Positions 36,576 to 51,500 of a stretch of DNA of 64,000 nucleotides are shown one piece after another. The notes beneath the pieces were generated by a model, which was not told the origin of the DNA, ran no database searches, and was given only the letters and a program-made list of their open reading frames with translations. Each line of letters starts with the position of its first letter. Position 1 is the first letter of the stretch. The stretch is from Paragordius varius (lineage: Eukaryota > Animalia > Nematomorpha). The stretch lies in contig OZ176056.1 in assembly GCA_964247055.1 (NCBI GenBank), forward strand, positions 62,001-126,000, read 5' to 3'. Position numbers and translations under genes: made by a program.

Positions 36576-39513
36576 GGCTACCTAAAATCCAAATTTGATC
36601 AGGTGATGTCACCATATTTTTTTTTGGGTAGCTCTATGGTAGTTCCATCATCACCCCAAATATTTTCGAGATCGGAGTATAAATGTAATTTTTATGAATT
36701 TTTTAAATATTTAAAAAATTTATTTTATACGATTTTAAAAATAAAAATGGCTACCTAAAATCCAAATTTGATCAGGCGATGTCACCATAATTTTTTTGGG
36801 TAGCCCTATGGTAGGTCCATCATCACCCCAAATATTTTCGAGATCGGAGTATAAATGTAATTTTTATGAATTTTTTAAATATTTAAAAAATTTATTTTAT
36901 ACGATTTTAAAAATAAAAATGGCTACCTAAAATCCAAATTTGATCAGGTGATGTCACCATAATTTTTTTTGGGTAGCCCTATGGTAGTTCCATCATCACC
37001 CCAAATATTGTCGAGATCGGAGTATAAATGTAATTTTTTTGAATTTTTTAAATATTTAAAAAATTTATTTAATACGATTTTAAAAATAAAAATGGCTACC
37101 TAAAATCCAAATTTGATCAGGTGATGTCACCATAATTTTTTTTGGGTAGCCCTATGGTAGTTCCATTATCACCCCAAATATTTTCGAGATCGGAGTATAA
37201 ATGTAATTTTTATGAATTTTTTAAATATTTAAAAAATTTATTTTATACGATTTTAAAAATAAAAATGGCTACCTAAAATCCAAATTTGATCAGTTGATGT
37301 CGCCATAATTTTTTTTGGGTAGCCCTATGGTAGTTCCATCATCACCCCAAATATTTTGGGGATCGGACTATAAATGTAATTTTTATGAATTTTTTAAATA
37401 TTTAAAAAATTTATTTTATACGATTTTAAAAATAAAAATGGCTACCTAAAATCCAAATTTGATCAGGTGATGTCACCATAATTTTTTTTGGGTTGCCCTA
37501 TGGTAGTTCCATCATCACCCCAAATATTGTCGAGATCGGAGTATAAATGTAATTTTTTTGAATTTTTTAAATATTTAAAAAATTTATTTTATACGATTTT
37601 AAAAATAAAAATGGCTACCTAAAATCCAAATTTGATCAGGCGATGTCACCATAATTTTTTTTGGGTAGCCCTATGGTAGTTCCATCATCACCCCAAATAT
37701 TTTCGAGATCGGAGTATAAATGTAATTTTTATGAATTTTTTAAATATTTAAAAAATTTATTTTATACGATTTTAAAAATAAAAATGGCTACCTAAAATCC
37801 AAATTTGATCAGGTGATGTCACTATAATTTTTTTGGGTAGCCCTATGGTAGTTCCATCATTACCCCAAATATTTTGGGGATCGGACTATAAATGTAATTT
37901 TTATGAATTTTTAAAATATTTAAAAAATTTATTTTATACGATTTTTAAAATAAAAATGGCTACCTAAAATCCAAATTTGATCAGGTGATGTCACCATAAT
38001 TTTTTTTGGGTAGCCCTATGGTAGTTACATCATCACCCCAAATATTTTCGAGATCGGAGTATAAATGTAATTTTTATGAATTTTTTAAATATTTAAAAAA
38101 TTTATTTTATACGATTTTAAAAATAAAAATGGCTACCTAAAATCCAAATTTGATCAGGCGATGTCACCATAATTTTTTTTGGGTAGCCCTATGGTAGTTC
38201 CATCATCACGCCAAATATTTTCGAGATCGGAGTATAAATGTAATTTTTATGAATTTTTTAAATATTTAAAAAATTTATTTTATACGATTTTAAAAATAAA
38301 AATGGCTACCTAAAATCCAAATTTGATCAGGCGATGTCACCATAATTTTTTTGGGTAGCCCTATGGTAGTTCCATCATCACCCCAAATATTTTCGAGATC
38401 GGAGTATAAATGTAATTTTTATGAATTTTTTAAATATTTAAAAAATTTATTTTATACGATTTTAAAAATAAAAATGGCTACCTAAAATCCAAATTTGATC
38501 AGGTGATGTCACCATAATTTTTTTTGGGTAGCCCTATGGTAGTTCCATCATCACCCCAAATATTGTCGAGATCGGAGTATAAATGTGATTTTTTTGAATT
38601 TTTTAAATATTTAAAAAATTTATTTAATACGATTTTAAAAATAAAAATGGCTACCTAAAATCCAAATTTGATCAGGTGATGTCACCATAATTTTTTTTGG
38701 GTAGCCCTATGGTAGTTCCATTATCACCCCAAATATTTTCGAGATCGGAGTATAAATGTAATTTTTATGAATTTTTTAAATATTTAAAAAATTTATTTTA
38801 TACGATTTTAAAAATAAAAATGGCTACCTAAAATCCAAATTTGATCAGGTGATGTCACCATAATTTTTTTTGGGTAGCCCTATGGTAGTTCCATCATCAT
38901 CCCAAATATTTTCGAGATCGGAGTATAAATGTAATTTTTATGAATTTTTTAAATATTTAAAAAATTTATTTAATACGATTTTAAAAATAAAAATGGCTAC
39001 CTAAAATCCAAATTTGATCAGGTGATGTCGCCATAATTTTTTTTGCGTAGCCCTATGGTAGTTCTATCATCACCCCAAATATTTTAAGGATCGGACTATA
39101 AATGTAATTTTTATGATTTTTTTAAATATTTAAAAAATTTATTTTATACGATTTTAAAAATAAAAATGGCTACCTAAAATCCAAATTTGATCAGGTGATG
39201 TCACCATAATTTTTTTTGGGTAGCCCTATGGTAGTTCCATCATCACCCCAAATATTTTCGAGATCGGAGTATAAATGTAATTTTTATGAATTTTTTAAAT
39301 ATTGAAAAAATTTATTTTATACGATTTTAAAAATAAAAATGGCTACCTAAAATCCAAATTTGATCAGGTGATGTCACCATAATTTTTTTTGGGTAGCCCT
39401 ATGGTAGTTCCATCATCATCCCAAATATTTTCGAGATCGGAGTATAAATGTAATTTTTATGAATTTTTTAAATATTTAAAAAATTTATTTTATACGATTT
39501 TAAAAATAAAAAT
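36576..39513 (+). repeat. Degenerate fourth copy of the 21-mer core (5' part missing, one internal monomer lost)
   Basis: GCTCTAT, GGTAGGTCC, CAGTTGATG, GGGTTGCCC, CACGCC and GTGATTT occur in the same order. The CCATTATC monomer expected before 37613 is absent. Confidence 0.8.
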
Positions 39514-42500
39514 GGCTACCTAAAATCCAAATTTGATCAGGTGATGTCACCATAATTTTTTTTGGGTAGCCCTATGGTAGTTCCATTATCACCCCAAATA
39601 TTGTCGAGATCGGACTATAAATGTAATTTTTATGAATTTTTTAAATATTTAAAAAATTTATTTTATACGATTTTAAAAATAAAAATGGCTACCTAAAATC
39701 CAAATCAGGTGATGTCACCATAATTTTTTTTGGGTAGCCCTATGGTAGTTCTATTATCACCCCAAATATTTTCGAGATCGGAGTATAAATGTAATTTTTA
39801 TGAATTTTTTAAATATTTAAAAAATTTATTTTATACGATTTTAAAAATAAAAATGGCTACCTAAAATCCAAATTTGATCAGGTGATGTCGCCATAATTTT
39901 TTTTGGGTAGCCCTATGGTAGTTCCATCATCACCCGAAATATTTTGGGGATCGGACTATAAATGTAATTTTTATGAATTTTTTAAATATTTAAAAAATTA
40001 TTTTATACGATTTTAAAAATAAAAATGGCTACCTAAAATCCAAATTTGATCAGGTGATGTCACCATAATTTTTTTTGGGTGGCCCTATGGTAGTTCCATC
40101 ATCACCCCAAATATTTTCGAGATCGGAGTATAAATGTAATTTTTATGAATTTTTTAAATATTTAAAAAATTTATTTTATACGATTTTAAATATAAAAATG
40201 GCTACCTAAAATCCAAATTTGATCAGGCGATGTCACCATAATTTTTTTTGGGTAGCCCTATGGTAGTTCCATCATCAACCCAAATATTTTCGAGATCGGA
40301 GTATAAATGTAATTTTATTGAATTTTTAAATATTTAAAAAATTTATTTTATACGATTTTAAAAATAAAAATGGCTACCTAAAATCCAAATTTGATCAGGT
40401 GATGTCACTATAATTTTTTTTGGGTAGCCCTATGGATGTTCCATCATCATCCCAAATATTTTGGGGATCGGACTATAAATGTAATTTTTATGAATTTTTT
40501 AAATATTTAAAAAATTTATTTTATACGATTTTAAAAATAAAAATGGCTACCTAAAATCCAAATTTGATCAGGTGATGTCACCATAATTTTTTTTGGGTAG
40601 CCCTATGGTAGTTCCATCATCATCCCAAATATTTTCGAGATCGGAGTATAAATGTAATTTTTATGAATTTTTTAAATATTTAAAAAATTTATTTAATACG
40701 ATTTTAAAAATAAAAATGGCTACCTAAAATCCAAATTTGATCAGGTGATGTCGCCATAATTTTTTTTGCGTAGCCCTATGGTAGTTCTATCATCACCCCA
40801 AATATTTTAAGGATCGGACTATAAATGTAATTTTTATGATTTTTTTAAATATTTAAAAAATTTATTTTATACGATTTTAAAAATAAAAATGGCTACCTAA
40901 AATCCAAATTTGATCAGGTGATGTCACCATAATATTTTTTGGGTAGCCCTATGGTAGTTCCATCATCACCCCAAATATTTTCGAGATCGGAGTATAAATG
41001 TAATTTTTATGAATTTTTTAAATATTGAAAAAATTTATTTTATACGATTTTAAAAATAAAAATGGCTACCTAAAATCCAAATTTGATCAGGTGATGTCAC
41101 CATAATTTTTTTTGGGTAGCCCTATGGTAGTTCCATCATCATCCCAAATATTTTCGAGATCGGAGTATAAATGTAATTTTTATGAATTTTTTAAATATTT
41201 AAAAAATTTATTTAATACGATTTTAAAAATAAAAATGGCTACCTAAAATCCAAATTTGATCAGGTGATGTCGCCATAATTTTTTTTGCGTAGCCCTATGG
41301 TAGTTCTATCATCACCCCAAATATTTTAAGGATCGGACTATAAATGTAATTTTTATGATTTTTTTAAATATTTAAAAAATTTATTTTATACGATTTTAAA
41401 AATAAAAATGGCTACATAAAATCCAAATTTGATCAGGTGATGTAACCATAATTTTTTTTGGGTAGCCCTATGGTAGTTCCATCATCACCCCAAATATTTT
41501 CGAGATCGGAGTATAAATGTAATTTTTATGAATTTTTTAAATATTGAAAAAATTTATTTTATACGATTTTAAAAATAAAAATGGCTACCTAAAATCCAAA
41601 TTTGATCAGGTGATGTCACTATAATTTTTTTTGGGTAGCCCTATGGTAGTTCCATCATCACCCCAAATATTTTGGGGATCGGACTATAAATGTAATTTTT
41701 ATGAATTTTTTAAATATTTAAAAAATTTGTTTAATACGATTTTAAAAATAAAAATGGCTACCTAAAATCCAAATTTGATCAGGTGATGTCACCATAATTT
41801 TTTTTGGGTAGCCCTATGGTAGTTCCATTATCACCCCAAATATTTTCGAGATCGGAGTATAAATGTAATTTTTATGAATTTTTTAAATATTTAAAAAATT
41901 TATTTTATACGATTTTAAAAATAAAAATGGCTACCTAAAATCCAAATTTGATCAGGTGATGTCGCCATAATTTTTTTTGGGTAGCCCTATGGTAGTTCCA
42001 TCATCACCCCAAATATTTTGGGGATCGGACTATAAATGTAATTTTTATAAATTTTTTAAATATTTAAAAAATTTATTTTATACGATTTTAAAAATAAAAA
42101 TGGCTACCTAAAATCCAAATTTGATCAGGTGATGTCACCATAATTTTTTTTGGGTAGCCCTATGGTAGTTCCATCATCACCCCAAATATTTTCGAGATCG
42201 GAGTATAAATGTAATTTTTATGAATTTTTTAAATATTTAAAAAATTTATTTTATACGATTTTAAAAATAAAAATGGCTACCTAAAATCCAAATTTGATCA
42301 GGCGATGTCACCATAATTTTTTTGGGTTGCTCTATGGTAGTTCCATCATCACCCCAAATATTTTCGAGATCGGAGTATAAATGTAATTTTTATGAATTTT
42401 TTAAATATTTAAAAAATTTATTTTATACGATTTTAAAAATAAAAATGGCTACCTAAAATCCAAATTTGATCAGGTGATGTCACCATAATTTTTTTTGGGT

Positions 42501-45500
42501 AGCCCTATGGTAGTTCCATCATCATCCCAAATATTTTCGAGATCGGAGTATAAATGTAATTTTTATGAATTTTTTAAATATTTAAAAAATTTATTTAATA
42601 CGATTTTAAAAATAAAAATGGCTACCTAAAATCCAAATTTGATCAGGTGATGTCGCCATAATTTTTTTTGCGTAGCCCTATGGTAGTTCTATCATCACCC
42701 CAAATATTTTAAGGATCGGACTATAAATGTAATTTTTATGATTTTTTTAAATATTTAAAAAATTTATTTTATACGATTTTAAAAATAAAAATGGCTACCT
42801 AAAATCCAAATTTGATCAGGTGATGTCACCATAATATTTTTTGGGTAGCCCTATGGTAGTTCCATCATCACCCCAAATATTTTCGAGATCGGAGTATAAA
42901 TGTAATTTTTATGAATTTTTTAAATATTGAAAAAATTTATTTTATACGATTTTAAAAATAAAAATGGCTACCTAAAATCCAAATTTGATCAGGTGATGTC
43001 ACCATAATTTTTTTTGGGTAGCCCTATGGTAGTTCCATCATCATCCCAAATATTTTCGAGATCGGAGTATAAATGTAATTTTTATGAATTTTTTAAATAT
43101 TTAAAAAATTTATTTAATACGATTTTAAAAATAAAAATGGCTACCTAAAATCCAAATTTGATCAGGTGATGTCGCCATAATTTTTTTTGCGTAGCCCTAT
43201 GGTAGTTCTATCATCACCCCAAATATTTTAAGGATCGGACTATAAATGTAATTTTTATGATTTTTTTAAATATTTAAAAAATTTATTTTATACGATTTTA
43301 AAAATAAAAATGGCTACATAAAATCCAAATTTGATCAGGTGATGTAACCATATTTTTTTTTGGGTAGCCCTATGGTAGTTCCATCATCACCCCAAATATT
43401 TTCGAGATCGGAGTATAAATGTAATTTTTATGAATTTTTTAAATATTGAAAAAATTTATTTTATACGATTTTAAAAATAAAAATGGCTACCTAAAATCCA
43501 AATTTGATCAGGTGATGTCACTATAATTTTTTTTGGGTAGCCCTATGGTAGTTCCATCATCACCCCAAATATTTTGGGGATCGGACTATAAATGTAATTT
43601 TTATGAATTTTTTAAATATTTAAAAAATTTGTTTAATACGATTTTAAAAATAAAAATGGCTACCTAAAATCCAAATTTGATCAGGTGATGTCACCATAAT
43701 TTTTTTTGGGTAGCCCTATGGTAGTTCCATTATCACCCCAAATATTTTCGAGATCGGAGTATAAATGTAATTTTTATGAATTTTTTAAATATTTAAAAAA
43801 TTTATTTTATACGATTTTAAAAATAAAAATGGCTACCTAAAATCCAAATTTGATCAGGTGATGTCGCCATAATTTTTTTTGGGTAGCCCTATGGTAGTTC
43901 CATCATCACCCCAAATATTTTGGGGATCGGACTATAAATGTAATTTTTATAAATTTTTTAAATATTTAAAAAATTTATTTTATACGATTTTAAAAATAAA
44001 AATGGCTACCTAAAATCCAAATTTGATCAGGTGATGTCACCATAATTTTTTTTGGGTAGCCCTATGGTAGTTCCATCATCACCCCAAATATTTTCGAGAT
44101 CGGAGTATAAATGTAATTTTTATGAATTTTTTAAATATTTAAAAAATTTATTTTATACGATTTTAAAAATAAAAATGGCTACCTAAAATCCAAATTTGAT
44201 CAGGCGATGTCACCATAATTTTTTTGGGTAGCTCTATGGTAGTTCCATCATCACCCCAAATATTTTCGAGATCGGAGTATAAATGTAATTTTTATGAATT
44301 TTTTAAATATTTAAAAAATTTATTTTATACGATTTTAAAAATAAAAATGGCTACCTAAAATCCAAATTTGATCAGGTGATGTCACCATAATTTCTTTTGG
44401 GTAGCCCTATGGTAGTTCCATCATCACCCCAAATATTGTCGAGATCGGAGTATAAATGTAATTTTTTTGAATTTTTTAAATATTTAAAAAATTTATTTAA
44501 TACGATTTTAAAAATAAAAATGGCTACCTAAAATCCAAATTTGATCAGGTGATGTCACCATAATTTTTTTTGGGTAGCCCTATGGTAGTTCCATTATCAC
44601 CCCAAATATTTTCGAGATCGGAGTATAAATGTAATTTTTATGAATTTTTTAAATATTTAAAAAATTTATTTTATACGATTTTAAAAATAAAAATGGCTAC
44701 CTAAAATCCAAATTTGATCAGGTGATGTCGCCATAATTTTTTTTGGGTAGCCCTATGGTAGTTCCATCATCACCCCAAATACTTTGGGGATCGGACTATA
44801 AATGTAATTTTTATGAATTTTTTAAATATTTAAAAAATTTATTTTATACGATTTTAAAAATAAAAATGGCTACCTAAAATCCAAATATGATCAGGTGATG
44901 TCACCATTATTTTTTTTGGGTAGCCCTATGGTAGTTCCATCATCACCCCAAATATTTTGGGGATCGGACTATAAATGTAATTTTTATGAATTTTTTAAAT
45001 ATTTAAAAAATTTATTTTATACGATTTTAAAAATAAAAATGGCTACCTAAAATCCAAATTTGATCAGGTGATGTCACCATAATTTTTTTTGGGTAGCCCT
45101 ATGGTAGTTCCATCATCACCCCAAATATTTTCGAGATCGGAGTATAAATGTAATTTTTATGAATTTTTTAAATATATAAAAAATTTATTTTATACGATTT
45201 TAAATATAAAAATGGCTACCTAAAATCCAAATTTGATCAGGCGATGTCACCATAATTTTTTTTGGGTAGCCCTATGGTAGTTCCATCATCACCCCAAATA
45301 TTTTCGAGATCGGAGTATAAATGTAATTTTTATGAATTTTTTAAATATTTAAAAAATTTGTTTTATACGATTTTAAAAATAAAAATGGCTACCTAAAATC
45401 CAAATTTGATCAGGTGATGTCACCATAATTTTTTTTGGGTGGCCCTATGGTAGTTCCATCATCACCCCAAATATTTTCGAGATCGGAGTATAAATGTAAT

Positions 45501-48500
45501 TTTTATGAATTTTTTAAATATTTAAAAAATTTATTTTATACGATTTTAAATATAAAAATGGCTACCTAAAATCCAAATTTGATCAGGCGATGTCACCATA
45601 ATTTTTTTTGGGTAGCCCTATGGTAGTTCCATCATCAACCCAAATATTTTCGAGATCGGAGTATAAATGTAATTTTATTGAATTTTTAAATATTTAAAAA
45701 ATTTATTTTATACGATTTTAAAAATAAAAATGGCTACCTAAAATCCAAATTTGATCAGGTGATGTCACTATAATTTTTTTTGGGTAGCCCTATGGATGTT
45801 CCATCATCATCCCAAATATTTTGGGGATCGGACTATAAATGTAATTTTTATGAATTTTTTAAATATTTAAAAAATTTATTTTATACGATTTTAAAAATAA
45901 AAATGGCTACCTAAAATCCAAATTTGATCAGGTGATGTCACCATAATTTTTTTTGGGTAGCCCTATGGTAGTTCCATCATCATCCCAAATATTTTCGAGA
46001 TCGGAGTATAAATGTATTTTTTATGAATTTTTTAAATATTTAAAAAATTTATTTAATACGATTTTAAAAATAAAAATGGCTACCTAAAATCCAAATTTGA
46101 TCAGGTGATGTCGCCATAATTTTTTTTGCGTAGCCCTATGGTAGTTCTATCATCACCCCAAATATTTTAAGGATCGGACTATAAATGTAATTTTTATGAT
46201 TTTTTTAAATATTTAAAAAATTTATTTTATACGATTTTAAAAATAAAAATGGCTACCTAAAATCCAAATTTGATCAGGTGATGTCACCATAATTTTTTTT
46301 GGGTAGCCCTATGGTAGTTCCATCATCACCCCAAATATTTTCGAGATCGGAGTATAAATGTAATTTTTATGAATTTTTTAAATATTGAAAAAATTTATTT
46401 TATACGATTTTAAAAATAAAAATGGCTACCTAAAATCCAAATTTGATCAGGTGATGTCACCATAATTTTTTTTGGGTAGCCCTATGGTAGTTCCATCATC
46501 ATCCCAAATATTTTCGAGATCGGAGTATAAATGTAATTTTTATGAATTTTTTAAATATTTAAAAAATTTATTTTATACGATTTTAAAAATAAAAATGGCT
46601 ACCTAAAATCCAAATTTGATCAGGTGATGTCACTATAATTTTTTTTGGGTAGCCCTATGGTAGTTCCATCATCACCCCAAATATTTTCGGGATCGGACTA
46701 TAAATGTAATTTTTATGAATTTTTTAAATATTTAAAAAATTTGTTTTATACGATTTTAAAAATAAAAATGGCTACCTAAAATCCAAATTTGATCAGGTGA
46801 TGTCACCATAATTTTTTTTGGGTAGCCCTATGGTAGTTCCATTATCACCCCAAATATTTTCGAGATCGGAGTATAAATGTAATTTTTATGAATTTTTTAA
46901 ATATTTAAAAAATTTATTTTATACGATTTTAAAAATAAAAATGGCTACCTAAAATCCAAATTTGATCAGGTGATGTCGCCATAATTTTTTTTGGGTAGCC
47001 CTATGGTAGTTCCATCATCACCCCAAATATTTTGGGGATCGGACTATAAATGTAATTTTTATGAATTTTTTAAATATTTAAAAAATTTATTTTATACGAT
47101 TTTAAAAATAAAAATGGCTACCTAAAATCCAAATTTGATCAGGTGATGTCACCATGATTTTTTTTGGGTAGCCCTATGGTAGTTCCATCATCACCCCAAA
47201 TATTTTCGAGATCGGAGTATAAATGTAATTTTTATGAATTTTTTAAATATTTAAAAAATTTATTTTATACGATTTTAAAAATAAAAATGGCTACCTAAAA
47301 TCCAAATTTGATCAGGCGATGTCACCATAATTTTTTTGGGTAGCCCTATGGTAGTTCCATCATCACCCCAAATATTTTCGAGATCGGAGTATAAATGTAA
47401 TTTTTATGAATTTTTTAAATATTTAAAAAATTTATTTTATACGATTTTAAAAATAAAAATGGCTACCTAAAATCCAAATTTGATCAGGTGATGTCACCAT
47501 AATTTTTTTTGGGTAGCCCTATGGTAGTTCCATCATCACCCCAAATATTGTCGAGATCGGAGTATAAATGTAATTTTTTTGAATTTTTTTGAATTTTTTA
47601 AATATTTAAAAAATTTATTTAATACGATTTTAAAAATAAAAATGGCTACCTAAAATCCAAATTTGATCAGGTGATGTCACCATAATTTTTTTTGGGTAGC
47701 CCTATGGTAGTTCCATTATCACCCCAAATATTTTCGAGATCGGAGTATAAATGTAATTTTTATGAATTTTTTAAATATTTAAAAAATTTATTTTATACGA
47801 TTTTAAAAATAAAAATGGCTACCTAAAATCCAAATTTGATCAGGTGATGTCACCATAATTTTTTTTGGGTAGCCCTATGGTAGTTCCATCATCAAACCAA
47901 ATATTTTGGGGATCGGACTATAAATGTAATTTTTATGAATTTTTTAAATATTTAAAAAATTTATTTTATACGATTTTAAAAATAAAAATGGCTACCTAAA
48001 ATCCAAATTTGATCAGGTGATGTCACCATATTTTTTTTTGGGTAGCCCTATGGTAGTTCCATCATCACCCCAAATATTTTCGAGATCGGAGTATAAATGT
48101 AATTTTTATGAATTTTTTAAATATTTAAAAAATTTATTTTATACGATTTTAAAAATAAAAATGGCTACCTAAAATCCAAATTTGATCAGGTGATGTCACT
48201 ATAATTTTTTTGGGTAGCCCTATGGTAGTTCCATCATTACCCCAAATATTTTGGGGATCGGACTATAAATGTAATTTTTATGAATTTTTAAAATATTTAA
48301 AAAATTTATTTTATACAATTTTTAAAATAAAAATGGCTACCTAAAATCCAAATTTGATCAGGTGATGTGACCATAATTTTTTTTGGGTAGCCCTATGGTA
48401 GTTCCATCATCACCCCAAATATTTTCGAGATCGGAGTATAAATGTAATTTTTATGAATTTTTTAAATATTTAAAAAATTTATTTTATACGATTTTAAAAA

Positions 48501-51500
48501 TAAAAATGGCTACCTAAAATCCAAATTTGATCAGGTGATGTCGCCATAATTTTTTTTGGGTAGCCCTATGGTAGTTCCATCATCACCTCAAATATTGTCG
48601 AGATCGGAGTATAAATGTATTTTTTATGAATTTTTTAAATATTTAAAAAATTTATTTAATACGATTTTAAAAATAAAAATGGCTACCTAAAATCCAAATT
48701 TGATCAGGTGATGTCGCCATAATTTTTTTTGCGTAGCCCTATGGTAGTTCTATCATCACCCCAAATATTTTAAGGATCGGACTATAAATGTAATTTTTAT
48801 GATTTTTTTAAATATTTAAAAAATTTATTTTATACGATTTTAAAAATAAAAATGGCTACCTAAAATCCAAATTTGATCAGGTGATGTCACCATAATTTTT
48901 TTTGGGTAGCCCTATGGTAGTTCCATCATCACCCCAAATATTTTCGAGATCGGAGTATAAATGTAATTTTTATGAATTTTTTAAATATTGAAAAAATTTA
49001 TTTTATACGATTTTAAAAATAAAAATGGCTACCTAAAATCCAAATTTGATCAGGTGATGTCACCATAATTTTTTTTGGGTAGCCCTATGGTAGTTCCATC
49101 ATCATCCCAAATATTTTCGAGATCGGAGTATAAATGTAATTTTTATGAATTTTTTAAATATTTAAAAAATTTATTTTATACGATTTTAAAAATAAAAATG
49201 GCTACCTAAAATCCAAATTTGATCAGGTGATGTCACTATAATTTTTTTTGGGTAGCCCTATGGTAGTTCCATCATCACCCCAAATATTTTCGGGATCGGA
49301 CTATAAATGTAATTTTTATGAATTTTTTAAATATTTAAAAAATTTGTTTTATACGATTTTAAAAATAAAAATGGCTACCTAAAATCCAAATTTGATCAGG
49401 TGATGTCACCATAATTTTTTTTGGGTAGCCCTATGGTAGTTCCATTATCACCCCAAATATTTTCGAGATCGGAGTATAAATGTAATTTTTATGAATTTTT
49501 TAAATATTTAAAAAATTTATTTTATACGATTTTAAAAATAAAAATGGCTACCTAAAATCCAAATTTGATCAGGTGATGTCGCCATAATTTTTTTTGGGTA
49601 GCCCTATGGTAGTTCCATCATCACCCCAAATATTTTGGGGATCGGACTATAAATGTAATTTTTATGAATTTTTTAAATATTTAAAAAATTTATTTTATAC
49701 GATTTTAAAAATAAAAATGGCTACCTAAAATCCAAATTTGATCAGGTGATGTCACCATAATTTTTTTTGGGTAGCCCTATGGTAGTTCCATCATCACCCC
49801 AAATATTTTCGAGATCGGAGTATAAATGTAATTTTTATGAATTTTTTAAATATTTAAAAAATTTATTTTATACGATTTTAAAAATAAAAATGGCTACCTA
49901 AAATCCAAATTTGATCAGGCGATGTCACCATAATTTTTTTGGGTAGCCCTATGGTAGTTCCATCATCACCCCAAATATTTTCGAGATCGGAGTATAAATG
50001 TAATTTTTATGAATTTTTTAAATATTTAAAAAATTTATTTTATACGATTTTAAAAATAAAAATGGCTACCTAAAATCCAAATTTGATCAGGTGATGTCAC
50101 CATAATTTTTTTTGGGTAGCCCTATGGTAGTTCCATCATCACCCCAAATATTGTCGAGATCGGAGTATAAATGTAATTTTTTTGAATTTTTTAAATATTT
50201 AAAAAATTTATTTAATACGATTTTAAAAATAAAAATGGCTACCTAAAATCCAAATTTGATCAGGTGATGTCACCATGATTTTTTTTGGGTAGCCCTATGG
50301 TAGTTCCATTATCACCCCAAATATTTTCGAGATCGGAGTATAAATGTAATTTTTATGAATTTTTTAAATATTTAAAAAATTTATTTTATACGATTTTAAA
50401 AATAAAAATGGCTACCTAAAATCCAAATTTGATCAGGTGATGTCACCATAATTTTTTTTGGGTAGCCCTATGGTAGTTCCATCATCACCCCAAATATTTT
50501 CGAGATCGGAGTATAAATGTAATTTTTATGAATTTTTTAAATATTTAAAAAATTTATTTTATACGATTTTAAAAATAAAAATGGCTACCTAAAATCCAAA
50601 TTTGATCAGGCGATGTCACCATAATTTTTTTTGGGTAGCCCTATGGTAGTTCCATCATCACCCCAAATATTTTCGAGATCGGACTATAAATGTAATTTTT
50701 ATGAATTTTTTAAATATTTAAAAAATTTATTTTATACGATTTTAAAAATAAAAATGGCTACCTAAAATTATTTGATCAGGTGATGTCACTATAATTTTTT
50801 TGGGTAGCCCTATGGTAGTTCCATCATTACCCCAAATATTTTGGGGATCGGACTATAAATGTAATTTTTATGAATTTTTAAAATATTTAAAAAATTTATT
50901 TTATACGATTTTTAAAATAAAAATGGCTACCTAAAATCCAAATTTGATCAGGTGATGTCACCATAATTTTTTTTGGGTAGCCCTATGGTAGTTCCATCAT
51001 CACCCCAAATATTTTCGAGATCGGAGTATAAATGTAATTTTTATGAATTTTTTAAATATTTAAAAAATTTATTTTATACGATTTTAAAAATAAAAATGGC
51101 TACCTAAAATCCAAATTTGATCAGGTGATGTCGCCATAATTTTTTTTGGGTAGTCCTATGGTAGTTCCATCATCAAACCAAATATTTTGGGGATCGGACT
51201 ATAAATGTAATTTTTATGAATTTTTTAAATATTTAAAAAATTTATTTTATACGATTTTAAAAATAAAAATGGCTACCTAAAATCCAAATTTGATCAGGTG
51301 ATGTCACCATATTTTTTTTTGGGTAGCTCTATGGTAGTTCCATCATCACCCCAAATATTTTCGAGATCGGAGTATAAATGTAATTTTTATGAATTTTTTA
51401 AATATTTAAAAAATTTATTTTATACGATTTTAAAAATAAAAATGGCTACCTAAAATCCAAATTTGATCAGGTGATGTCACCATATTTTTTTTTGGGTAGC

